From Stylophora pistillata (Eukaryota): DNA of 64,000 nucleotides. Below the pieces are notes generated by a model. The model worked only from the letters and a program-made list of their open reading frames with translations. It was not told the origin of the DNA and did not search any database. The first letter of the stretch is position 1. The number at the start of each line of letters is the position of its first letter. Made by a program: the position numbers and the translations under genes. The DNA lies in NCBI RefSeq assembly GCF_002571385.2, contig NW_019217842.1:517064-581063 (forward strand), in the 5' to 3' direction. Of this stretch, positions 24,001 through 35,657 are shown piece after piece.

Positions 24001-26834
24001 GTTTGTTAGGTGCTCGTAATTACGCAAAGAAAATGTAATTGCCATCTCATCTCAACGTCACGTGATATTGCGCGTATCACAATAAAATCCATTTGGAATA
24101 AACAAAAAACCTGTTATAAAGCACAATATCCGGCACCCAAACCATAGACGCATCGACGTTGATTTCCTCCGTTCCACCGTATAGAGAGGCGTTCCATGTG
24201 AGCAATGGATTAGTCCATTCCTGAAAAACATTTAAACGGCTTAATTACACAATAAGTACGCATTTTTTTAGACAGATCAATATGAGTTAAGGCCACTTGT
24301 AAATTTGATCTAAAAGGTAAGGCAATCGCAAACCTTGTATCCTAAAGAGGACTCTTGAATCATTTGTGGGCATTTTCAATAATGGTACAAATATCATCCT
24401 GAGTGATGATTGGTATTAGCCTCAGAATCCCTCTCCCCCCAATCACTGATCTCCGCTGTCTCAGTATATCGACTTTCATATCGCTCTAAAACTCAGCCAG
24501 GTTCGAGCGAGTCAACTCTTTCCCGCCCACACCACCCTTAGCGGTTTAGTTTATGGATATCTAGCGCCAGCGTCTCGCTCTGTTCGTCAATAAACTAGGT
24601 TGCCCAAACATTGTAGTCTGTGTCTGATATCAATAGTGAATAACTATACCCCTTCAGCAATGCTCTGTCCGAAAGTGTATCTTTCTTTAGCCGGAAGTGC
24701 AAGGAAAGCTAACATAGACAAACTTGAGCCGATTCAGTGCTGTTTTCTCAGTCTTTTTAACTTTTGCTTCTTTTCGTCGCTCCTTCTAAACTTGAAAGGT
24801 AGATGTATCTGGCATGCAGAGTCCTTAGGTGGCAAAACACATGAAAAGAATATCATTTTCTTCGGGATATAGTGGAAAAGGTGCCACATAATGTAAGGAT
24901 ATCAAAATACGTGAATAAATCATACACATCTCAGAACTTGAAATTGGAAACAAATTGTTACCTGATACGTGTAGAGAATTACTTGTAGGAGCTGTTCGTT
25001 GTCCTTCTGGATAAGGTCGAAGAACATGTAGAATTAAAAATACGAATTCTTTGCCGATAAATATCATTTTGAAGAAATGTAGAGCTGAGATATTCGCTGA
25101 ATATAGGTTCATTTAAATTAGAACTGAAGAGCAAAATGTTTAATCGAGAGACAAAACTCAGTAAAGATAAAATTCTCGCTAATCAAGACAGAGTTTACTC
25201 GGTCAGTCAATAATTATTAATTTACCAGTCATTATTTACATGTATCACCTGGGGGATGGGGGGAAGGCGANCACCGGCAGAGCCTTTTGGGGGATCAGGT
25301 AAATTTTTATGATCAATCAAAATCCTCTGACCCACCCCTCCGCCTCAAAACTCTCAGTGATAGATAATGACCGGTTCTTTACGGTGATTATCCTCTATTT
25401 AACAATTATTCTTTGAAATCGAGGTGAATAGTGGCTAAATATTTACCGAAAGCCACTATTCACCGAGATTGAAAAGAATAATTGTTTTAGTATATACACA
25501 CGCAGTGATCTCGACAAAATTAAAAGGAAACCATTTAAAAGCAATTTCTGCTTCTGAAACTTTAGCGAAACGCGAGTTTACGCCCGCTATTTTGTTTTTC
25601 ACATTATCCACTCGCTCGGAGGTGTACATTGTTGATTAGCCCGAGATGGCGAACCAATCAGATTGCTTGAAACGCCAAGATCACTGAGTGTGCATATACT
25701 AAAGTCAGATATAGTCATCGCACACAGTTCACGTAATCTCTTTACGACTAACTCACACTCACCAAGTCGATTATTTGCTTGAGTTTCGCCCTGAAAGTGA
25801 CCACAACTTGATCATTTTTTTTCAGCACTGGACGAGAGAACTTGCTGTAGTTTTGAAACAGGTCATGAATCAGCCTCTGCTCGTCACCTAAGGAGGCCTC
25901 TGCCAATAAATAAATATAAAGTAGGTGTATGATTTCATTGTTTAAACTAGTAAGCTTTGAAATTTGACTTTTTTTATCCACGCTCAAAACTTTAAAGCTG
26001 AAGCTGAACGTCACAGGAAGGGTTGACTTTTCAGAGACATTAAAACGAATATCAAGATAAGGGTGACGACATATATCTTATTAACCAAGCGCGAGGGCCG
26101 TACTGGGAGAATATCGGCCCGAGGTCTTGACAGTACGGACCGAGCGCAGCGACGGTCCTACAAAAAAGACCGAGGGCCGATATTGTTCCAGTACGGTCCC
26201 GAGCAAGCTTGGTTAATAAGAGATTAATTACACGACTGAAGTTCAAAGAGACACAAGTGCGGTATCATTCGGGACCATTCGAGACAGTGCCCGGTCCAAT
26301 ACTTAGAGAATATTGACTGGCAATAGAGCATTTGGATTGGTTGATTTTAGTTATTGGCCCTCTGACTGCCCAAGTCGTGTAATAAAAATATTTAGCGACA
26401 AATCATGGTCATGATAGCAAGAGCAGATAAACATTCGATCCCTGCAAATCGTCAAATGACCACCCAAATTAAAGGCGGCATTAGTGAACAAGACTTTGTT
26501 CATCCGACGGTACATTAGAGGGTTTCCACTGAAGCCATATCTTCTTGCCTGTCATGTCTGGGAAACAGGAAAAAATACCCCTAATCGCGATTAAATCGTT
26601 TTCAAGCCAATCAATCAAGCCGGTACCCCCGGAAGATATTTTTTCAATCGGACACTAAGTGCAGGAGTATTAAAATATAATCCGATCACTGAATTAGAAA
26701 TGCTTTCAAGAAAATACCATTAAAGCAAGTGAAGAGAATCGTATTCATAAAGTCATGAAACTCTTACCACCCGTTGTAAATAAGGTGACCAAGGATGTCA
26801 TAAACACAGCAATGAAACGAAGTTCTTTCGTCAT
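21087..26834 (-). CDS. Nicotinic acetylcholine receptor alpha-type subunit (Cys-loop ligand-gated cation channel), 7 coding exons
   Basis: Exons 26834-26768, 25899-25763, 25006-24962 (45 bp), 24220-24111 (110 bp), 22456-22334, 22082-21927 and 21663-21087, all GT-AG and frame-consistent. Motifs WVPDIVLYNS, Cys-loop CHLDVRYFPFDDQKC, FGSWTHD, loop C FYDCCPKPY, RRKPLFY, M2 SGERMQLGITVLLAM, M4. Confidence 0.93.
22606..22872. mobile_element. Non-autonomous MITE-like dispersed repeat in nAChR intron
   Basis: ttattaaccgagtgggaggtctgtatgggagaatcttgaccgagg; related ends at 12456-12487, 26077-26385 and 50947-51120. Confidence 0.5.
22880..23291 (-). mobile_element. 3' end of CR1/L2-type LINE with (TG)-rich tail
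   Basis: HNYDTR...RTSYGIFNIRFQGAKVWNDI...FKK is typical of LINE ORF2 C-termini, followed by a 3' UTR with a tgtgt microsatellite. Confidence 0.7.
26077..26385. mobile_element. MITE-like dispersed repeat in nAChR intron 1
   Basis: Inverted termini cttattaaccaagc...gcttggttaataag; the same start sequence occurs at 12456. Confidence 0.6.
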
Positions 26835-29699
26835 CTTTAAAATAATCATGAATAAAACTAGAACTGAATTTGTAATAAAATATTAATTAGAACAATCTTT
26901 CTATAGGAGGTCACTGAAAAGTGGTATTCTGTGAGGCCCTGTAAAATAAAATAACACTGAATCATCATAGGTAAAAAAGCAAGTTAGAACATGAACTGAC
27001 TATAGAATACTCTAAAAATGTTCATAAAAGTTGCTTGATTACACAATCGATAAAAAACTAATTGTAGGGGCTAAAATATCTCGAAACTGACTTAAATAAA
27101 TATATAGTTTTGCACTCTGCTTAAAAAGGCGAGGAAAGAGTCGATTTTTTTAAGGAAGTGCCATTCTTTTGCGCTTATGCATAAAAGTCTTTGTTTTCCA
27201 TAATTTCTTTTAACAAGAGTAAGGCGGAAATCTTTCTTCATGTATTATAACTGTGGATGTCAGAATTTCTTAAAATGTTGGTTACCTTGGTGCACGCATT
27301 GATAGAATAGAGCATCTAGTGACGAAACTGGACATTCGTTTACAACTATGATAGCTAAAAACAAATTAAGAAGTAACAAGGAAGGTGTTACAAACTTAGC
27401 TTGAAAATAATAAACTGCTGCCTTCTAATAATTCTACTTGAATAGAAGAGCCAGTCAGTAGACAATATATTTCATTTTTTGACCGAGTTGTCGTTTTTTG
27501 AAGTTTTCACTTTTCACTGAGTATAATTAAGGTTTTCAAACGGACTCAAGCAGCAATTAGAGCCAAACACATTTCAATAAAATTTTTTTCTATAAATATT
27601 GCACAAAGCCAAAGATAACGAAAAGAAATCACGAACCTAGTCCTTATTTTGCGTCCGACTGGATAAATACATAAACAGTGCTCAATTTCTTACCTAAAAA
27701 CGGTAGAAAGGAAAAACAAACAACGCTTTGTTTTTTTTTTTAGTTGTCTTTGCTTTTATAAAAGGGTTGTTGTTATGCAAAGAATGTCAAGAAATGAAAA
27801 AAACTGCAAACGTCGTCCGAGTCGTTTTAAAGAGGAGACGTTCCAATGAGAAAAGATTTGACATTTCCGGGAGAGCTTAGGGGTTATTTTTCATTATAAG
27901 TAACGCTCTTTGCCCTGCGTAGGATAAAAAGGGATTAAGAAAATTGATTCCTGGAATCCTATGGATTTTGAACCATTCAACTGCGTTCAATAATTTGTGT
28001 ATTTCTCTATAGTGAAGACAAAAAACGCACTAAATGGCCTGAAACCAGGAGGTCACTGTAAACTGTGTGATCATTCGCTTAAAATGAAAACGAAAATGAT
28101 GGACGGTGTGTAGCTGTGTATTATAAGCAGCGGCCTTCATCGTCATAAGGTCAAGACCAGAGATATCCTTACCTTTTGTGAATATAAAGTTCTGTTACTG
28201 AGGTTCTTGTTCAAAATCTTTCTTGCTCAAGTAATACGGTCAAGCTAGTGATTTTTGCACCTTTTCGTTTGCGTATCAGCCTATGGTCAAAGCGGTATTT
28301 AAAGCAAAATTTGCATTACAGCTCATTGAGTGAAACTCTTCAATTATGAACGAACCTGTAATCAGCTTAAAAAACGTTACCACGTAACCGACAAAATGCC
28401 GTAAAATGTATTACTCTGTTATCTTTTTTTAAGGTACCAAGCCAAATGAAAGTGAAGGATGATTGTCCAGAGTTTGTTACTGTTAAATCACCTGTATGTC
28501 AACGTTTTCTGACTTTCGTTTTGATCTTGTTTAATGGGCACGAAGTGTTCCCTCGAGTTGTGATGTTTTAATTATTTATGACTGTTTGATTGCTTTCTGT
28601 AATAATGCCAATATTCTTTTTTTTTTTTTTTTTACAAATGTTGATAAAACTGCCACGAAAACACAGGTTGTTCATGAAAACCACTGTCATTTAGGGACAT
28701 GCAGTGTCAAGAACTGAACCGACTCCAACCTTGAAAATTTAAATAAACAGGGATATTTCAAAAAGTGAGTTTCCTGGTCTCTCTTTATGCTGTCACAAAC
28801 TAAAAGATAGCGAGGTTGAAATTTGTATTTCTGCGTTACCAACATTAAATCAGTAATATCACTTAGTATTGTAACGCGTTTTAAAGTTTTACAGAAGCTT
28901 TTTTTTGTATTTCCATGCGTTAATTGACTTCGCTAAAACTTTTATATTGGCCGGATTACCAGATAATCGTATACAGATCAGAAAGCAATAATGGTAGCTA
29001 AGAGCACAATAATGGACAAACTGTTAGACAACAGAGCATCGTCATCTAAGTACGACCAAAAGCAGGCAACGTTTCTCCTCATGCATGACAAGTTTTCGCC
29101 TAACCAAGAACTAAAAAATCTATGAAATTGGTTATTCAAACTCAGGAGCTTGTTTTCACCTAGTTGTATGGTTTCCTTGTTTGTTAAAATTAAATAAACT
29201 TTTCCACATAAGAATAAGTGGAGTGATCATGAGATAGATATCCATCATCGTAGTTGGAGGGCTGCTGGTGGGGATATGGAGAAACGGGCTTCCGTGTCAC
29301 AGCCATGCCAGATCGGGATTGCCCACTACGTAAGTTTCCTTTAACATTCGTAAAGACCGCTAATATCATTCTACCAGGCTTTAGTTTTAGGGGGCAAAGC
29401 CTGTTTCTGATTCATGATCGCTATAACGATACTTTGTAAAAAATTTAATCAATGACAAATAACTTGTGCCACATGAGGCAAAAAATCTTTCGACTTGACC
29501 CTATTTGATTAGAATTTGGTCCTTCAAAATCCCTTTCTTTTTGGAGACAACTCTATCGTCCAGAAGATAGTAGAAAGTGACACTGGAACGATTTATGAAA
29601 CTCGAAATAAAATTGCCATTACTTCATAAATAGTATATAGAAATTTTAATGGCATGTGAAAAACAGAGCAGGCGAATAGAGTGTTACAATGTGATCTTC

Positions 29700-30590
29700 A
29701 TACGTATGATGCACGATCCTCGCAGTAGAGAGCGCTATTTATGCAATAGCGAAAATCAGACCTGAAAAAAATCAGGCCTGTACGGGATTCGAACCACTGA
29801 CCTCTGCGATACTAGTGCAGCGCTCCACCAATTGAGATAACAAGCCAACTGGTAGCAGGCCGTTTAGGTGATTCGTAATAAACTTGTGATGATAAATCAG
29901 ATATGATCAATATATAAAGTTCATATATTTTGAACTGCGGTTATAGATACGTATGATGCACGATCCTCGCAGTAGAGAGCGCTATTTATGCAATAGCGAA
30001 AATCAGACCTGAAAAAAATCAGGCCTGTACGGGATTCGAACCACTGACCTCTGCGATACTAGTGCAGCGCTCTACCAATTGAGCTAACAAGCCAACTGGG
30101 AGCAGGCCGTTAAGTTGATTNATTTGAGCAATAGTGAAAATCAGGCTTGTTAGCTCAATTGGTAGAGCGCTGCACTAGTATCGCAGAGGTCAGTGGTTCG
30201 AATCCCGTACAGGCCTGATTTTATTTTCAGGTCTGATTTTCGCTATTGCATAAATAGCGCTCTCTACTGCGAGGATCGTGCATCGTACGTATCCATAACC
30301 GCAGTTCAAAATATATGAACTTCATATATTGATCATATCTGATTTGTCATCACGGATTTATTACGAATCAACTTAACGGCCTGCTCCCAGTTGGCTTGTT
30401 AGCTCAATTAGTAGAGCGCTGCACTAGTATCGCAGAGGTCAGTGTTTCGAATCCCGTACAGGCCTGATTTTATTTTCAGGTCTGATTTTCGCTATTACAT
30501 AAATAGCGCTCTCTACCGCGAGGATCGTGCATCATACGTATCTATAACCGCAGTTCAAAATATATGAACTTTATATATTGATCATATCTA
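29700..30590. repeat. tRNA-Thr(AGT)-derived SINE-like tandem repeat, about 248-bp unit, two copies per strand in inverted arrangement
   Basis: ggcttgttagctcaattggtagagcgctgcactagtatcgcagaggtcagtggttcgaatcccgtacaggcc at 30144 and 30393 (+), with two reverse copies in 29700-30120. A and B boxes present; stem mismatches argue against functional tRNA. Confidence 0.8.
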
Positions 30591-31231
30591 ATATGATCTT
30601 CGTAATCGATCTTACTCGAAATATCTGTGTATACTTCTGTGTAACACAACCAGTAACTAAAACTAAAAATCTTGAAGTTTCCTCTATGTTAGACTTGTTT
30701 TAAAATGTTCTCCTTTTTAACTCAACTCAGTAAAACCGTTTCCAAGGAAAAATAGCAGTTAAATAGAACGACAGAAATATTGTTTCCGCAAATCACACAA
30801 AAAAATAGCAAACCCGCATAATACAGCTATACCGCAAAGTTTGCGTGTTTCTTTCGCGGCAATTAAACCTGGGCTTGAGAGGAATTAAAAAACTGGAAAA
30901 ATAGATTGCCTTTAACTTCTTCAAGTGCCACTGGATATGTTTATTGGAAAGTAACGATACAATTGAATAGTCTTTCGAGGCTGATCACAGAAAGAAATCT
31001 AATAAAATCATTTCGTCATACATTTTGCGCTGAAGTCGAATTGGCTCTGATTAATCGCATATTACTGTAATAACACGAATACATTTTTAGGTTTTTATCA
31101 TTTACATATACATACTTTCCACGCCCTCACCAATTATTCGACTGTAAGTTCGAATTAGACCTATAAATTTTTCGTGACGTTCCATTCTAAAAAGACCTTG
31201 AAAATCATCAAATTGAAGTGTACCATAATTT

Positions 31232-33222
31232 CTAAGCAAAACTTGGTACAATAGCTTCAATGAAGATAAAAAAGAAGACGATGCTAACTCCGAGGAAAAT
31301 GGCAAGAAATGCTGAGAACCACGCGTCCTTAGAAGCATCCTGTGCTCTTTTTATGTCGTCTTCTTCGTATCGCAAATTAGTCTGAAAAAAAGAAAGAAAA
31401 CATATGAAATTATTGATCAGATTAAGAAATGATTGTAAGAGATAAACTGAGAAACATTATTTGCAGATTGGTATGCTCATAATTCATAAAAAAGTTCAAT
31501 CCGGCAAAAGACTTAAAATTGTAATTATGAAGTTATCACGCGGGGAACCTGAACATAAACCGATTTGCCAGCGAAACTGACTCGCGATCGTGTATAGTCG
31601 TCGACGCTATTGTCGGTTTCTATAGCTTGAAAAAGACTTTCTGTTGGGAATCCAAAGCAGTTTTCCTCCACGATTTCACCAAAAATTGTCATTCTTAGTT
31701 CCCAAGGACACATCATAATCCTTCCGTTAAATTAATATGATCTTCCTTGTAGAGCCGCAGCTCCAAAACAGGGTAATTAGGATATAAGAAATTGATTCAA
31801 AGGACAACCTAAATCTGTGACCAAGAGAACACTTCTGTCGAAATAATATAACTACCAATTCACTGAGTGGGACTAAAAAACCCATGGCCTGGCATACTGG
31901 AGACCGGCTTAAAACAACAGAGCTGACTCGATAAAAACTTGCTCTGCGTCAGGTGAACTAACGCCTAGTTACGGTTCAACTTACCAAACGTGACATGCAG
32001 ACAGCAAGCACACCAATCAAAGGACAAAAGAATACGGACACCACAGCCAGTATAAAGTGATCTTTCGGAGGTTCCTCTCGGAGTGGTGCATGCTGGAAAA
32101 AAACGGCAATATAAAATTTTAACCAAAACGTTTAACAAAATAAACCTTCTTTGCAATTATGAAATTGGCGTTCTAAAGTTAAATTCGTAAACATCCCTCT
32201 TAATATTAGACTGGCCCTTTAATATTTATTGAATGAGTCCAGCGTTAATCTGAAGGGTTGTACCTTCTGGGCCACACTGCAAGGACAGGCCTCTTAGTCA
32301 TATGATATAAAATATATTTGTGATGGTTTAAAGTTCACCGTTATAAGAATATTATGGAAAATTGTTGAACGAATCACTAATGTTGAATAATACTTACGCG
32401 CCCCATTTGAACAGCAGCAGGTACCTAGACCGTAAAATCTTCGTTAGCAGTGAATAAAAAATAACAATTCATCACGAGCAAAGTTAATCAGATATGTCAG
32501 TGACTGAATAATTATCCCTTCCATTTTTTATTTGAAAACGGGAACTAATGAGCACACACTGATGCTAGTGATAAGCACAGAGAAGAAAAAAGCGAGGCCT
32601 TTCTTGGCTGAGCATTTGTTGTATGGATAAAAAGAATTAATAAAAATCTACTTCATGAACCCGGCGGTAACTATTCAGCTCCTTTATCTTAGAAATAATT
32701 AATACAGTTCTTCTTCGCACCAATTCTCTCACACTCCCTCAGGCAATGGAGATATTTACCTGTTAGATACGGTCANNNNNNNNNNNNNNNNNNNNNNNNN
32801 NNNNNNNNNNNNNNNNNNNNNNNNNNNNNNNNNNNNNNNNNNNNNNNNNNNNNNNNNNNNNNNNNNNNNNNNNNNNNNNNNNNNNNNNNNNNNNNNNNNN
32901 NNNNNNNNNNNNNNNNNNNNNNNNNNNNNNNNNNNNNNNNNNNNNNNNNNNNNNNNNNNNNNNNNNNNNNNNNNNNNNNNNNNNNNNNNNNNNNNNNNNN
33001 NNNNNNNNNNNNNNNNNNGGAGGGGAGGGAGGAGAGAGGAAATAATTAAAGTATCTACTTTTACACCTTGAATTCAATAGGTTGTCAATGATTTTGAACA
33101 ACATTGTAGTTGCCTCAAAATGACGCGGTGACATTTGTTCCTCAACTGCAACAGAATATTGAGTTTAACTGCAAAATGTGACTTACCTGTTCCATTTCCA
33201 GGGCCGTTTCTCCGCTCTGCAT
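31232..33222 (-). CDS. CD225/dispanin (IFITM/PRRT-like) membrane protein A, about 97 aa
   Basis: Exons 33222-33187 (MQSGETALEMEQ), 32092-31985 (HAPLREEPPKDHFILAVVSVFFCPLIGVLAVCMSRL) and 31381-31232 (TNLRYEEDDIKRAQDASKDAWFSAFLAIFLGVSIVFFFIFIEAIVPSFA*). Phase-0 GT-AG introns. The first exon is less certain; the gap at 32776-33018 could hide an exon. Confidence 0.8.
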
Positions 33223-34699
33223 TTTGGATATTAATTAATTCGATTCCTGAAGACAAAAAAGCTATTTATAACTCAATCAGGCAAGTAAACTTTCTTAACT
33301 CCCATTTCGCGGTTTTTTAAACTCTTGGATAGCACATGTGGCAATTCTCAAGGGTACTGAAAGGTTAAATTTAAAAAACACGCCCTTTGGGCTGAAAATC
33401 AGCGTGGGTATTGTTAATCTTACATGTGATTATGCTCTACCACGCCTAGTCCAAAGACATTGCGTTTTACAGTCACGAGAACTTGTAAGCGGGATTGTCT
33501 GGCCTCCCCTGCAGAAAACTGGGCATAAAGATAAAATGAAGTCATACCTAGCTCTGTGTTCAGAAACTTGGCTCATAACTTAGACAAAAATGTTTCGAAC
33601 AAAGCGCCAAACAAAAAAAACCTATAAACGGGGAACTTGATTCGTCTTCCCGTAACACGATGCCAGAATTTTTTAGGCCGATTTCGCGGTTATCTTCGAT
33701 TTGGTGGCATGATGAGATGGCCACTGCTGGTGACAGTAAGAAAGGCTGATAAAAGTATGTTTAGTATTGGAGTTACGATCTATAGATTGAAAAGCGCAAC
33801 AAGGTGCCTCTATACTTAGACAGCCGAGCATGACAGAGGGACAAATAATTCTATTCAAAAAGCGTAAGTCTGAAAATGTTAAACAGAATGCTTAGTTTAT
33901 CAGGCTTCGAGGATTTCAGCGGTGGAAAAATGAATGGGAAAACTATACGTAAACCTTACCGCTAAACAGTTAAATTCACCGGAAAGCTTGTTGTTTACTG
34001 CGCACAATCAAAAAGCATGGAAACCATATGAAAACAATAGCAACAGTTTCACTACATAAAGATGACGAGTTTTTCGTCGCAAACCGGAATAAATTGACAT
34101 CATCAACATCATACCCGTAATCATGCAGAATTTTAAGAAAGATTCAACAAAGTTTACGTGCTTGAGCTATTGTCTCTTAAGACATATGCACAAGTTTTTC
34201 ATTCTTTTTATTTTAACCTCCCTTCCCCTCGTATGAAGGAAAAGAAAAGGTGAACGTAAATTTTCGAAAAACGCCCGCCAGAGTGGAAAGTCGCTTTTCG
34301 TCGCTTACGTGTCGACAGAAAACTTTGAAGACGCAGACGAACACAAACGTATACATGTCATATGTGTGTGGATATTACCTTAGGGTCAATGATTATCAGT
34401 CGACCGAAGGTCTCAATGAATATGTGCAGATGATTATCTAATATGACCGTGGTATGCTATCATATCATATTACTATCTCAGACTATAACTATCGTTCAAT
34501 TTAGTTTCTCTACGTAAACGCCATTGCCAGCCTCTTCATAGCCTTACTTACCGATAGTTATGGCTATTTGGTTTCAAAATCCTTTCAAATCGTTCTCTGA
34601 ACAATCCTTTCTAGTTCGACTTGAATAACTCAGCACTTACTACAGTGTTTAAATAAGCAATTTCCGCGCCTCGCAATCTTTGACTTGAACTAACCTCGA

Positions 34700-34965
34700 A
34701 ATCAACTATGATACTTGTTTGGATTCGTCCCAGACGTTCTTTAAAGGTCGAAATTAAAGTTCTGCAAGTATCTTCTTTAAGCGTTCCAAGTAAATTTCCT
34801 TGGCGGCTAAGGAAATTTACGTTTAGAAGGGAAAAAGCGCGCGAGTGAATTCACGGGTCAGTCTCAGCCACTAAACATGCGTATACTCATGCTTAGTAAA
34901 TAACATTATTCTCGTGCTATAAATATTTCGTCAAAGGTCACGAATTCTCATCACGCATTAGGTTG
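34700..34965. promoter_or_regulatory. Putative bidirectional promoter between CD225 genes A and B
   Basis: TATAAATA at 34918-34925 (+), then donor gtgagt at 34966. Minus-strand donor gtaagt at 34551 and TTTAAAGA near 34745. 12-bp inverted repeat at 34790-34820. Confidence 0.45.
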
Positions 34966-35657
34966 GTGAGTATTTTTCTTGCTCGTCGCGTTTTTTGTTT
35001 TGCACTTCACTCTCTCGGATAGAGAGAGAGAGAAAAAAAACCAAATCCTCCTTGATAAGGCAAGACAGCGAATTGTTGCAAGAGCTGAACAATTTTGATT
35101 GAAGTACAATCCAGTCTCTAGAGCTTTTGTAGTTCAATTATGTAAATATTTACATCCGTTCTTGAATTGTTGAGAGGCGGAGAAAGAGGTATCCAACCGA
35201 GAAACAGATACACTCAGAGAAAAAACTGCTTAAGCGGAGATAAGTTGAAGGTTTTCAACAAAATCTGAGTCAGCTAAACTTCAAGAATATGATAAATTTT
35301 AATGGCGTTGAAGATCTGTGGCCACTTCAACCTTTCTTGAATATTCCACAACTGATGATGGCGTGACAGATGAACTGCCGCAACTTGCGTGCAGCATTCT
35401 TCTTGGTTTCCGAGCACGTTCCTCTTCGGGGTCGAACAAAACGAAATTATTTATGTTAAACAGAACCGTCGGCAGATGGGTCAAAGACAAAGGGATACTC
35501 TAAGGGAAACGAAGCTCGGTTCGGCGAGAAGCACACCCTGTAGGCTCGCTGATCATTTTGCTTACTCTTTTACCATTTCTTTTTGTGTTAGTTCCAAACA
35601 GAAACACATTTGCAATTTTTACTTCACTTTTTTAGATTCGTTCTTCAACTTCCAGCC

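Noticed and set aside
29700-30590. Four functional tRNA-Thr genes
   Set aside because: Mismatches in anticodon and T stems, and embedding in a 248-bp repeat, indicate SINE-like copies.
31525-31716. 63-aa ORF in the last intron of CD225 gene A
   Set aside because: No in-frame acceptor found, and the CD225 domain is complete without it.
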